Source of the DNA: Leucoraja erinacea
Lineage: Eukaryota
DNA length: 64,000 nt
Direction of reading: 5' to 3'
NCBI RefSeq assembly: GCF_028641065.1
Contig: NC_073416.1
Coordinates: 6,262,001 to 6,326,000, forward strand
This document shows positions 23,476 through 36,554 of the stretch, in pieces (within the stretch, counting starts at the first letter, position 1; the number at the start of each line of letters is the position of its first letter). The position numbers and the translations under genes were made by a program. The notes beneath the pieces are model-generated. The model had not been told where the DNA came from. It did not search any database and saw only the letters and a list, made by a program, of their open reading frames with translations.

Positions 23476-25714
23476 CTTCACAGACTATTATTGTGCTTCT
23501 CAGCAACTGTATAGAAAAACATCTGAAAAAGAAAATCAAGGTACGTCTTTACAGAGAAGGAGGAAGTCACCCACAAAGCAAGTGTCACTTGAACCACTGC
23601 ATTTTGAGCTCAGCAAGCTGAACGACATTTGCGTGGGAAAAATAAAGGCTTCTAATTGTGTATGTCTGGTGCCAGCATCAAATATTATTACAAAATTAGT
23701 TGTAGAAGTTAAATACACTTCCCTTCGATTTGTCTACTCTAGATATTTGGGTAAACAGGTCCCATTGTAGCAGTGACACAATTTACTTCCCCAATAATTG
23801 GTTAATTTATTTTAGTAAATTATAGATTTTATTTTTGCAGCTACTTATGCCCATTAAGATTTTGTTTAAAATTTGCCATACTTATTTCATTTTGAACAAC
23901 ACAACTAAAAAAAGGTGTGTGTGTGTGTGTGTGTGCGCGTCTGTGCGTCCCCCCTCCCCCCACTTGTGGGTGCCCGTGTCCCCAACGCTCCCACATACTG
24001 CCTTGATAAGAGTTTTACGAGAAAATGTTTGCATCTTCAGCCAGCAAATATTTCCTGCCGTTATGGTCGCAGGGCTAAATATGATGCTAAGCTTACATAA
24101 TTAATTAAAGATGAGGCCAACTTGTACTGATTTTAATTGCAGTTGTCCTTAGCCCAAAGTAAAGGGGAAACATAGCCGGAGTTCCCCTTTCTGATTTCAA
24201 CTCAGTTATTTCTGCTGGGAAATACACAACTGTACACTGAAGATATTTTCCAGTACATTATTTCCATTTTAATACTTGAAATTTCACATGACTCCAGAAG
24301 CCAATCAAAACAAAATAGCCAATAGAGCGCAGAGCAAGCTTGCTTAAATCGCAATTTGATAATGACCGGATAATTTATTATAGCGAGACAGGTTAATTGA
24401 TAAATATTAACTACAATTGCAAGGAATTACAATGCCTGACAATAGTTAACACAACTTGGAAGAGGACTTTGGCACCCAACCAACAGGCAAGTGGAAGCAG
24501 TATCGGGACATTCCCTCCTTCTCTTTTCTGGGAGCTCTTTCCATCCAGTCGACTCCAACACAGCAAGATGTGGAGTACAGCATCATTAGATGTCAACATT
24601 AGGCCATAACTACCATGCCTCAAGATCACTGCAGTCTGCCAAGACAGCAAGAGATGCAGGGAGCAAGCAGTCTGATTGCTTTCCAATATTGTTTAAGGGT
24701 CCCTATTTAAAGTAATCTGTGGTCTCTGATTTACCAATAGATCTTGGCAGAAAATTTCACATCATAATCATGCCCTATGTAAAATTGTATTTCATGATTG
24801 TTTATTTATGCTCTCATTGTTATCTCGCTGAGCAGTAGATAATCATATTTTAGCTTAATCGTAATCCCCCATGATTCTGAAAACCTCCAAGGTTGTCCTT
24901 TGTCCTTCTATATTCTATCAGAAGGCTAGCATCCCAAATCCCCTTTTTTATTTAAAGAAGAGACAAATTGATAAAAAGGACTTATTTCAGAGATTATTTG
25001 CACAATTATCAAGGGTTGAAAGGTTTGAGATGTGGAGTTGAAACCTTTGTGTTCACTCAAGAGGGGCGAGATATTCTGAAGTGGCTGGAAGTGTGGATTT
25101 CTATAAAACGTTGAGCAAGATCTACCTCCCTTATCTGTACTTCTGTCCAAATGAATTGCAAGGAACCTTCCCAGAAGCCTTTGCTGCTGTTCCCTTCCTG
25201 ATGAACAAGCCTGCTACATCGGATCCTGACACAGAGCAGTCATTAAGACTTACAGTATTTTCAGAAATAATTGAGAAGTTGCTGCAGAATTCTGCATTCA
25301 TTTCTGTACAAATAAACAGTACAACAGCATACAAGATCAAAAACATTGGCAATTAAAAGCAGTTGCTTGAAAAGCACAACTTGTCAGTGACAAACTGCCT
25401 GTGCACACTGCTGACTTCTATGGCAAGTTTAAACTTACCACTTCTGGATTTGCCACTGGCAACTTGTCACCACTGGCAAGACGAACATTTACTACCCATC
25501 CTTAATAGACCCCAACAAGGTGGAGGCGAGTCACCTTCCAAACTTCTACAGTCCTTCCAGTGGATACAAGCCCACAATATTTAGGGTAGAGAGTTCCAAG
25601 GTTTAGACCCAATTAGTTTGAAGGAACTGCAATATATTACCAAGTCAGGATCGCGGATGACTGGAAGGAACCTGCAAACTATGGTGTTCTCATAAGTCTG
25701 CTGTCCTTTTGCAG

Positions 25715-26280
25715 GGGGCGTTGCAGAGGGTGGTCAAATCTGCCCAAACAAATCACAAATAACTGCGTCCCTGCCATTGAGGACATTTACATCAGCAGGT
25801 GCAAGAGCAGAGCCTCAAACATCATGAAGGACCCCACCCACTGGACTCTTCCCCCCCCCCCCCCCCCCCTCCCCTCATGGAGAAGGCTGCACAGCATAAA
25901 GGCCAGGACAACAAGGCTTAAAGTCAGCTTCTTTCCCGAGGCCGTGAGACTTTTAAACTCCCTACCTCACTGACTGAACCCTCACTACCTCAGTGAACTG
26001 TCTGCTGCTACTGCTGCTGCTATGGTCATTATTATGCTGCTGTCTTTTAACCATGCTGCTTTTTACCTTTTACTATTTATTCACAGGCTCATTATTATTT
26101 GGATTTTATTGTGGAAGGTTTTATATAAGTTAGAATTCATTGATGTCTTTACTGCACTTTATTGATGTCTTACTGCACTATTACGCTGCTCGAACCCGAG
26201 TACAAATTTCGTTCATGATTCATGTGGAAGCATGTTTTTATCGAATGATAATAAATAAATCTTAAATCTTAAAATCTTTT
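25715..26280 (+). mobile_element. Rex1/L2-like LINE 3' fragment
   Basis: ALQRVVKSA-like coding remnant, SFFPEAVRLLNS, and aataaataaatcttaaatcttaaaatctt tail. Confidence 0.75.
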
Positions 26281-29200
26281 CCATTTTGGTGATATAGGTC
26301 ATGGGTTTATAAGGTGTTGCCCAAAACTCCAAAATGGCGAGGCCCTTAGCAGCAGGACAGTGCACTAGGTAATGGTGTCATGATGGCAATATGGGCTGAT
26401 CTGCCTTCCTTGCTTGTTCTATTGTCTAAATACTGTGCATTACAGGAAGCCTTCGCACACAATACAAATAAGCATTCTTTCAGAATTTGGAGCCATTGAT
26501 CAATGAAGAAAGGCAGCAGCTGGTTAAACCACACATCCAGGCTTAGCTGACTGTCAAAACTGTCAAGAACCAAAATCTCTTGAATGTCACTAACATTCAG
26601 AGACATTCAAGAGCTAGAAAAATAAATGAAACCATATTTGAATATCAAAACACTTAACAAACTTGATTAATTAAAAATAAATTACACTTTAGCTTTTACT
26701 GCCTCTGTCTCTCACAGCCCCATGCTGGAGAATTAATGAATCAACATTATTACAACAATTTTGGGCTCTGCTACTGGATTTCACAAATAGTTCAACATTG
26801 GAGTGCAATCGCTGAAGAGAGACCAACATATTCAGGCCTCCAATTCTGCGCCCTCATTCCCCCATTGCAAGACTCATTGTAGCAGAAGTAGAGGGTGTCA
26901 GCTTTCAACTTGATGAACAGTAATCCCCGTAAATTTATAAACTCTTGTAGTTTGTTAAAGACAAGTTGTATTGGTAACACTTGCTTGAGATTGGGAACCA
27001 ACTTGATATCATGCACGTATCTGCTCTAAAGTGTTAATACATGCATATTTTGGAGGAGCAAAGCGAGAAAGAAAATCCAAATTAATATTTGATGTCTTGT
27101 GATAAATCAGGTGTGACCTTATCATCATCCTTATGGTTCACAATCAGCGAAAGATCCAAAAGAAGTCTTTAAAATAAAGCTTTCCCCATGAACAAATGAA
27201 ATGCATAAACCTGACAATAACTGTCCTAAATTTTGCACTTCAGAGAACAAAACCTCCTTAATCAGGTTCAACTACATCCAATCAAAAGTGATTTCTAAAA
27301 AGTGCATATCATTAATTAATTAAGACATCACCCACCATAAACATGACCTGAGCAAACCTGCCTCTCTGCCCAAGGTAGGGTAGTGAATTTGCAACCTTTG
27401 TCTAGTATCCAAACTTCCACATGGCTATTACGATAAAATATCATAATTCAGAAATATGGAAATAACATCATGCTAAGTAACTATTTATCAAATGACTTAC
27501 TATATTCTGAAATGCCACATAACAAAATATACATTTCTAGCAAGAAAACTGGTCTGAAATTCTGGATAAACAGGAGGGGTCTGAAGACGAAGGGCTCCTC
27601 CAGTGGGTTTGAATCCATTGATTAAGAGAGTCAGAAGGTACACAAAAAAGCTGGAGAAACTCAGCGGGTGCAGCAGCATCTATGGAGCGAAGGAAATAGG
27701 CAACGTTTTGGGCCAAAACCCTTCTTCAGACAATCATATGGGCCCATCAAGACTCGGGATTGATCCCCAGTCTGTGCCAAGTTATTTGTCCATGACCAGG
27801 TAAACAGCAACTGTAGTATAATTGGCCTCAGAAAACCTGGTGAAATCAATTACTGATTGACAGAGTACTAACATGTAGAACTACTGAATGTAGATTCACG
27901 CCAGCAAATGCTCCATAAGTCAAGTTTCTGATCTCTTACCAAGCAAAAACCAGGGTCTTCTCAGATTGGAGAGGTGAACAAAATAAAACAGAAAATAAAC
28001 CACTAGCACATTCCTTCTGGCAATAGTTGCATCATAGGATCTGCCATGGTTTGGGTGTTTATAGTATTTTTGAATACAAGTATCTAATTTAACATACACT
28101 TTGAATATGCATTTCCACTGCTGATCTCTACATTTTTCCATATGATTCCTCACAAAGATCAAGCCACCATTTTAGTAGCAAGGAACAAAGGACAGGAATG
28201 AGCAGAGCATTTCACACAGGAACTGCAGCTTTCCCTAAACTGAATTTTAGTTGCCAACTTTAAGCAAAAAGGAAAATGTCTCTCACTATAAGATATAAGA
28301 CACAGACAGTAATGTTGCAGGTTTAAAGTCTAATACTATAATGGGTAGTAGCGTCTCCAGAATGGAGGCATTATACATCCACCTTCCTATCCCTGAATAT
28401 TACTTGGCTGGACTGTTAGAAATGTGCAGGTTTGACTATAATATTGTTCACAGACAAAAACCCTAATGCTATGAACTGCTCAACTCACCCATGAAGAAAG
28501 TCTCCTTTGTTGGGACACTGAAGTTTCCCGCACCTATGGAACAGTACATCCAGATAAGTTACTGTTTTCAGGATAGGGTTGACATAAAAGGATAGTTTTG
28601 GGAAGAGATTGTCAAGGATGGGATTGACCTCTTTGGACAGAGGAAGCGTCAAGATGTATAACCAGTTACGCCCAGACAGGAAGGACCAATTTTCTTTGCA
28701 AGAATAATAACCAGGTGACATAAATTCAAGATAATGTGCAGAAGGATTAGAAGGGAATGGAGTATTTTTCTGCATTCAAATTGCTGACAGTCTATAACAC
28801 ACTATCTGAAAGGGTGACAGAGGCAGAAAGCCTCATGTTTAAAATGTACATGTAAGAGCCACACAAATTGCCACCGTCTACAAGGGGCACAAACTGAAGT
28901 CAGATTAAATTATAGTTTGTTTGTGTGGTTACTGGCAAGGAGAGGATAAGCGACATCACCTCTTTCTATGCCACCATCTTCTACAATTCTATATGGAGAG
29001 GGGAAGGGGGGGGGGGGAAGGGAAAATAACTGGTTAAAAAACATTACAAATATGTATCATGGTTATGATATTATTCCATTATTAATTTCACGATGTAAAT
29101 TAAGGATTCATCTCTTTTTTCACAAGCATCTAATCTGCTTTAGAGCTATTCTATCAAGGTGATGCACAGAGATTATGAATTATTTTATGTAACAGAGAAA

Positions 29201-29525
29201 TTATATGGATTTGTTCATCTCAAATGCCTAAAATAAATGGTTATTACCTGCCTCACTGCCAACATTTCTCAAAGTCCAAAATAAAAACAGAAAATGCTGC
29301 AATGCTTTGTCGGCTATGAAGTGTCTACAACTTGAAACATTAATTTAATTTCTCCTTCCACAGCCAATAACTGACTTGCTGAGTGGCTCCAGCATATTTC
29401 CAACATCTGCAGTTTAATTTCTTTCCTTAATTTTACCTTTTGCTTTCATACATTCTGCTCCTTTGAGCTTAGCATACTTTTACATCACAGACACATCCCA
29501 ATGGTGAAATCCATAACTATAAATA

Positions 29526-30226
29526 AGGGTTTTCGGCCCGAAACGTTGCCTATTTCCTTCGCTCCATAGTTGCTGCTGCACCCGCTGAGTTTCTCCAGCA
29601 TTTTTGTGTACCTACTATAAATACCCATGTTGGTAGAGGCAATTATGATAGTAGCATTTAAGAGGTTTTTAGATGGGAATATGTATATGCTGGGAATGGA
29701 GGGATATGGATCTTTTGCAAGCAGAAGAGAGCTGTTCTTGGCATCATGTTTGGTATGGACATTGTGGGCTAAAAGGCCCATTTCAATGCTGTATTGTTCT
29801 ATGTTCGATCAAAGAATGGAGCGACTGGGCTTGTATTCACTGGAATTTAGAAGGATGAGAGGATATCTTATATAAAATTAAGGGATTGGACACACTAGAT
29901 GCAGGAAACATGTTTCTGGTGTTGGGGGAGTTCAGAACCAGGGGCCACAGTTTAAGAATAAGGGGTAGGCCATTTAGAACTGAGATGAGGAAAAACATTT
30001 TCACACAGAGTTGTGAATTTGTGGAATTCTCTGCCTCAGAGAATCACTGGATGTATTCAAAAGAGCTAGACAGAGCTCTTAGGGCGAGCGGAATCAAGGG
30101 GCATGGGGAGGAGGCAGGAACGGGGCATTAATTGGGGATGATCAGCCATGATCACATTGAATGGCAGTGCAGGCTCGAAGGGCCGAATGGCCTACTCCTG
30201 CACCTATTGTCTATGTTTCTATGTTT
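29526..30226 (+). mobile_element. Cluster of a Penelope-derived tail plus two CR1 3' fragments
   Basis: ORFs 29627-29875 and 29886-30131 with CR1 C-terminal motifs; (atgtttct) tail. Confidence 0.8.
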
Positions 30227-30890
30227 GTAGATTCTATTATGAAATCGATTTCACCTTACTACCTCTTCTCCCAGTTCCAAAACCTCTCATAACTTGGCTT
30301 CAAATCACACTTTGAGCCACCTCATTTAACTCTCTCCGAGAGTCCAGTCTCCTCTCTATTATAGACTAGTCTGGTGAAAGGTCTCGACCCAAAACATCAC
30401 CTGTTCCTTCTCTCCAGAGATACTGCGTGACCCGCTGAGTTACTCCAGCATTTTGTGTCTATCTCCTCGCTATAAAGTTTATTGGGACATTTTATTATAT
30501 TAAAAAGGTTTGACATAAATACGAATTAATGTACTAACAAAAAATAAAGCATTTTAACCGCAGTCTTACTCCAACTATTAATAGCAAATATCGAATATTT
30601 TGTGACTCTGGAGCAATCCAAGAATTCTTTAAACAATGTTTATTAAGTTTGTTACTATGAATCAAACCGCATAGAGTAACAAACTTGCTAAGGAAGGTTT
30701 CGAAGGCTGTTATGGGATTTCTAGGCCTCAGCATTCTGTTGCAGGGAACAACTCCATACGCAAGTAGAACTAAATCCCGACTAAAAATATTTAAATTATA
30801 GGCGTCATTAACAGAGTGGATTGGAACAATTACAAAATTGACAGAAACCAGGGACATATTTACAAACACGGTTAAGCTCCTTTTACTCAC

Positions 30891-30958
30891 TCCTCCAAAC
30901 ACAACGAGTACCACACAGGTCCTCCCAGACAAGAGCGACTTAGAGTCAAATAGCTGCA
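30891..30958 (-). other. ZC3H10: Putative non-coding first exon of ZC3H10
   Basis: Minus strand reads gtcgctcttgtctgggaggacctgtgtggtactcgttgtgtttggagga|gtgagt (strong donor); homologous to 31124-31177; 5' end unknown. Confidence 0.6.
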
Positions 30959-31123
30959 CTTGGCTGGAATGCTTAATTTCTCACAATGGGATGATGTATT
31001 TCAAGTTAACGTTGTTCAATTGAATATCCTCAAGATATTTTTTTCAAAGTAAACGCCTGAGCATATTGTACTGGAATACACATCGATAACAGATGCCTGC
31101 AGCTCCCAACAGCGTCTTCTGCC
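30940..31123. promoter_or_regulatory. Putative bidirectional promoter between ZC3H10 and its paralogue
   Basis: Short spacer between two divergently oriented homologous exon-like blocks, in a locally CpG-retaining region (~30550-31900). Confidence 0.5.
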
Positions 31124-31177
31124 GTCGCTCTTGCCTCGGAGGACCAGAATGGAAGCTCGTCGTGTTTGGAGGACCAA
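31098..31177 (+). other. Putative non-coding first exon of the ZC3H10-like paralogue
   Basis: gtcgctcttgcctcggaggaccagaatggaagctcgtcgtgtttggaggaccaa|gtgagg; inverted homologue of 30891-30939. Confidence 0.55.
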
Positions 31178-33765
31178 GTGAGGAGGGAGAGAGGGGAGAG
31201 GGGGGGGGGGGAGGCTAAATAGTGTAAGTGAATGCGTTGTCCTTTCTCCTTTTGTTATTGATCGAGTTTATTCCAATGTCGGTAAACTGTTTCTATCAAT
31301 ATATATATCTTTGAGAAATAGAACAATGTTTAGTTTCCATCTGTGCGCTGGAATATATCGGTCCGTGTGAATCACTTGAGGCCTAGGAGCGCAGTTGAAG
31401 CCTCGCGCCAAGTTCGAGAACTTTCCGTCGCAACCCCACCAAAACTGTCAACATCCAGGTTTCCTCATGGCGGTAGCCTAAGAACAAGGATTGTTTAAGG
31501 AAGAGAAGTCACGTCTAGTGGTTAGGTTAAACCCTATGGCCGTCTTGGAAAAAATGGAATAGTGAAATCCGGACACAGAATGAAAGTCCAATGAATGAAC
31601 CATTACAAAATGTCCAAGATGAGTGTAGTTTACCCATCACGGGATTCCCACAGAATTTATAAATCCGTATCAAGATATGTCAGTTTTTAAACCGTTTGCT
31701 CCAGGCGCCGGCTTCTTTTTGATATCATGGACCGATGGTGCTGCCCATCTTCAACCGAGTGGTTGTGCAGCATTTGGAGCAGTTGGGAATGTCGCTGAGT
31801 TTGGGGCAAAAGAAGATCACCGCTGTTCAGTCAGGTGCTAAATGCGTTGTTAAAATGAAAGTGGAGATTTTGCCGCCTGCCATGTTGTAATTCAGCAGTG
31901 TTTGGCGAGTGAAGTTGAACCCTTCCCATTCCATCATGTTGTGCAGTCTGAAGAAGGGTTTCGGCCCGAAACGTTGCCTATTTCCTTCGTTCCATAGATG
32001 CTGCTGCACCCGCTGAATTTCTCCAGCACTTTTGTGTACCTTCGTGCAGTACTTTCACCGGTTGTGTTTAACCACTTAATCAATGGGACTCAAACTATGT
32101 TCTGTACATGTGATTGAACAATAAATGTTTAACCAGTTGACTTTTTAAAAAGAACATTGGCTACTGGATTTAAAAAAAACAATTTCCCAATGATCGCCAC
32201 TTTGACATTTACCGTCTTCCTCCTTAGGTCACTGCATCTTCTATCTCTCAAGAGGAATAATCAGCAAGGTTCACTTGGCCACTTGAAGGTATGAGGGATG
32301 GAAAATGATCAGATTTTCTTTTCTCTTTGCTATTCTTTGAGGCAATAACAGATTTGTATTTTGTTACCATTTCCATTTAGCGATTAACATTGGCATTTCA
32401 CGATGTGAACACTTTTATTCTTCCTCCCTCTTTGTCCTGCTTGGTTTGGCTCCTTAATGCTCCTAAATGTGATGAATTGTGAGAGGTATAGCCTTTCACA
32501 TAGGAGTTACCCAAGCGATCATGTTAAACTAGGTGCACATATTGATTGCTACAGAGGCGCACAGCCAGGGTTAATCCTGCCTTTGCCCGGTGCCCATATG
32601 TGAGACCGCCTTTTGCCTGAGCAGATGAGATATTATACATTGATGGTCAGTACCCCATTATGCATTGCTTGGTGCGACACAGGAACCCACTAAAGTCTGA
32701 ATATCTCTGCGACACTTGCTGTAGGTGAAGGTAGTGCGCTGAGAAGATGCAAATTTGCTCATCTCTGTTTTCTCTGACCTCAAAACTAACTGGACTTGCT
32801 GCTTGGGGTTGAGAGGGAAAAATAGATCAGCTATGATCGAATGGCAGAATGGCCTAATTCTGCTCGTATGTCTATGGTCTTATGCTGCTCTTTGCTTCTT
32901 CCATTGCCCTTTTGAACAGTTGACCTCTTGAGATCATGACTGTTTGTGGCTATTTCCAAATTGCTGGTGCCCACCATCATCATATTGTATTTGCAATTAT
33001 CCTTGTTGTGGCGATATGGACATCAGCTGGTTGTGACCCCATGGACAATTTGTCATACAAAAGTGTTGTTGAAAATATTGCTATCATCCATCTCACAAAG
33101 ATAATTGCTCTGTTGCAGATGTAGTTAGTTTAGTAACAAATGTTTGTGGATGAACTTGGACTATTCCGGGCCCTTTGAGTACCCTTGTCCTGCCAGAACA
33201 TGCCAAGAATACATCTGTATAAACGTAGCTTTTGTGCTTTTGATCGGGCTGTATTGCTACACTATCGTAAAAACAAGTAACGGGCAAGTACAGTAGTACA
33301 ACATACTGTGCCATCTGTATTTATAAGGTGAGAAAATGATCCTCCCTTGCCTGCTGTGAGTTCAGAATCACAAATTGGATTAGAAACTAGTTGGGATTAG
33401 TGACCCAAATACTGAAAATTTAAAACTCGCAAAAGCACAACACAAAATAAAATTTCACCATCCAATATGTCAATGTTATTTTGGGGGGAAAAAAAGCTAA
33501 GTATACTGTTCTTGGAAGGTTGAGTGATACTTTAAATAGTTTGTCAGATATTTATTATGTTCTGTCCATCTTTGAGAAAATAGACCAATAATTTATATAT
33601 TTTATTTCAGTCAATTCAGATTTCATGCTTTATCATTCAGACAGTAACAGACCTCTTAGAAGGATGTAGAGTCGTGTATTCCTCTCAGATATGGTGTTAT
33701 CGGACTCATCCTCCTGAATACAAATAGAACTAGTGCAAGATAATCAAAGAGGAAAGATTAGGTAT

Positions 33766-34048
33766 GTGTAGGAAAGAACTGCAGATGCTGGTTTAAATCG
33801 TAGGGTAGACACAAAATGCTGGAGTAAATCAGCAGGACAGGCAGCATCTCTGGAGAGAACGAATGGGTGACGTTTCGGGTCGAGACCCTTCTTCAGGAAA
33901 GAATAGGTCTTATTGGAGACCAATTAACAGCCTGAGATATCTGAGATGAGCAGTCTGAAGAAGTGTCTCGACCTGAAACGTCACCCATTCCTTCTCTCCA
34001 GAGATGCTGCCTGTCCCGCTGAGTCACTCCAGCTTTTTGTGTCTATCT
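33766..34048. mobile_element. Penelope-derived inverted pair with a ~55-bp spacer
   Basis: Two opposed copies of the gtaggaaagaactgcagatgctgg...cccttcttcag unit. Confidence 0.75.
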
Positions 34049-34247
34049 GAGATATGCAAAGTTCCATAAGAATAACTTGTAGCTGTTCAAGGAAAACTGG
34101 TGTTATATGGGCATTGACATTGAGATAGAAAAATGTGGTATTGGAAACATTGAACATAAAGAAGTAGAGGACGTATTAAAAAGGTCTGGCAAAAGTGGAT
34201 AAATTGGTTGATCAGGATAAAATGTATTTCAAGCCCTTTTATTAGGT

Positions 34248-35278
34248 ATGTTACAAAACCTACCTGAATCGTGGCTGAGAATCTGCCCCACCCCGTGTGC
34301 GCGATTTTGGCGCTGTTTAGAGGGGGCGGGTTTAAAACGCGATTTTTACTAGGCTGTTCCAATCGAAGATGTTCAGCCTAGTAAATCATTAACGAAAAAT
34401 CGCTGAAAGACCCCGTCGCAAAAGGTATTATTAGTTTTTATGGCCTTGTATAATAGTTATAGTAGTTTTAAAATCACTCTCTCAACCCGCGACCTCTCGC
34501 AGCCCCAGGGTTTTATAAAGCAAACAATTAAAGGTATGTACCTTATTTTTACATTAAAAGGGGCTTCTTAAGAACCCTGTATATAAAGTTTTCTATAGCG
34601 AGTAGTTCATTTTGGGCTCTTTATATCCCGCAGTATTTTTCTGGGCATTTGAGGGCACAAATCCAGCGCAATGTGAACGTTCTAAACCAGCGCGTTCACA
34701 GGATCCCAGTAGAAAGCTGAATTTAAAATGGACTTTAATTTACAGCAATTGAACACTAAATTCCTTCCATTTGGCCTATAAATTGATGTAAATGAGATTT
34801 TAAAATCATGTTTTATTGTGAATTATTTGTGAATATTATTTGGACACTTAGGCTATTTAAAAGTGTTAATCATTTATTAAGAAATGGATAGATGTTTAGA
34901 TCTAGTAATTGAAGTTTGAAATTAGCTACAATTGGGTAACTAACTAATTATATGCTTTAATTTCAGGTCATCCAAGTAAGATTATTTTATATTTGTTTCA
35001 GAATGGTTCAATCTATGATAACTGAACATTTCATTCAGTTCTCTTAATTTTTAAGACGGTTATGGGCTTTTGACTGTCCACGATCACAGCTTTTTTGTTA
35101 TGTCCATAGTAAATCAATAGGGAACAAGATGCTAATTTCCGAGTATGAAAATGGCCATAACTTTTTTATTACTTGAGATATGAAAGTGAATTAGGTGTCA
35201 AATTAAACTTATTTTTATGCTTTGTCTGATGGGATAAATTGCAGACTTGATTTTTTAAATCTCAAAATTTTGTAACAT
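34248..35278. mobile_element. Probable non-autonomous DNA transposon (~1 kb)
   Basis: 11-bp terminal inverted repeats ATGTTACAAAA / TTTTGTAACAT; CpG-rich left part unlike the flanks; no ORF. Confidence 0.5.
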
Positions 35279-35356
35279 TGATATTAAAAACATTTTTTTT
35301 TAAATTAAAAAATGCAGCAGCCGACATAAATCAGGCTCTGACTATAATTTTCTAAT

Positions 35357-35572
35357 GAAGATAGACACAAAATGCTGGAGTAACTCAGCGGGACAGGCAA
35401 CATCTCTAGAGAAGAAATGGGTGATGTTTCAAGTCGAGACCCACTGAAGAAGGGTCTCGACCCGAAACGTCACCCATTCCTTCTCTCCAGAGATGCTGCC
35501 TGTCCTGCTGAGTTACTCCAGCATTTTGTGTCTATATTCGGTTTAAACCAGCATCTGCAGTTCCTTCCTACA
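35357..35572. mobile_element. Penelope-derived palindromic repeat
   Basis: Inverted arms; contains CTGAAGAAGGGTCTCGACCCGAAACGTC at 35444-35471. Confidence 0.8.
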
Positions 35573-36554
35573 CTATAATTTTCCAGTGCCTTGAGGACTG
35601 GAAGATTGTTACTGTGGTATGATTTTTTTTAAAGAGTAAAAGGCATATACTGACATCCACGGGTCAGTCGGCTTAAATGTCAGGTGAAGTTATTGTAAAT
35701 TTGCATGTCTGCATTTAGAGAGGAAATTTGCATATGTCTGCACCAAGTTAACCGCAGACACTTTGCATGGAAGACATATGACTTGCGAACTTAGTTGCTT
35801 TTCTTGAGGAGATTGTTAAGAGCATTTGATGCACTACAAATGGATTTTGGAGTGGTGTTTGATAAAGTCTCACATAACAAGTCGAGCAGGAAACTATATG
35901 CTGACACGATCCAAAGAAAAGAGGCAATTGAAGTATTAATCTTATAAGAGACCTAGAAAGAGCGAGGGTAAACACAAAAAAAGAATGTGACTGGAGAATT
36001 TCCATTGGAGACCAATAACTTGAGGCATAGATTTAAGTTAATTGGTGAAAGGATAGAAGGAAATTAAGAAAAAAATCATTTAATCAGTGGTGATCTGAGC
36101 TCATTGTCTGAAAGACACCATCAGCACAGGAGAAGGTAATTCAGTTATTTGAGCCTGCTCCACCACTCATGACTGATACAACTTTTATCAAGTCCTCTCA
36201 ACCACCCCCCCCCATCTGTTTCCTTACAACCCTTGTTTCACGTATTGATTAAAAATCCATCTCTCATCTTTCAACAATTCGACCTCAATGGCTTTTTTAG
36301 GTGAAAAGTTTCCAATCTTTTGGGAGAAGAGATTCTTCCTCATCTCTATCTTAAATGGGCAGTCCTTTATCTGAGACTTCTGGTCCTAGACTCTGCCATG
36401 AGGGGGCTTCACAGCATTTAGTCAATCAAGCTGCCCAAGAACTTTGGATATTTCAATGAGATTGTCTCTTGTTCTTCAAAACTCCAATGACTTGACCCAA
36501 CCTGTTCCTGCACATCAATCCCTTTGAATGCGATAGGATCAAAGAAGGTGAAAT

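Noticed and set aside
28489-28533. Possible internal 5' UTR exon of ZC3H10 on the minus strand (ccatag|...catgg|gtgagt)
   Set aside because: Splice signals alone, with a weak pyrimidine tract and no homologous support
31448-31468. Strong-context ATG on the minus strand (accgccATGagg) encoding MRKPGC*, considered as a micro-exon such as RPL41, which neighbours ZC3H10 in human
   Set aside because: Does not match MRAKWRKKRMRRLK, has no donor, and no other RPL41 exons were seen; more likely a YY1-like CCGCCATG site or chance
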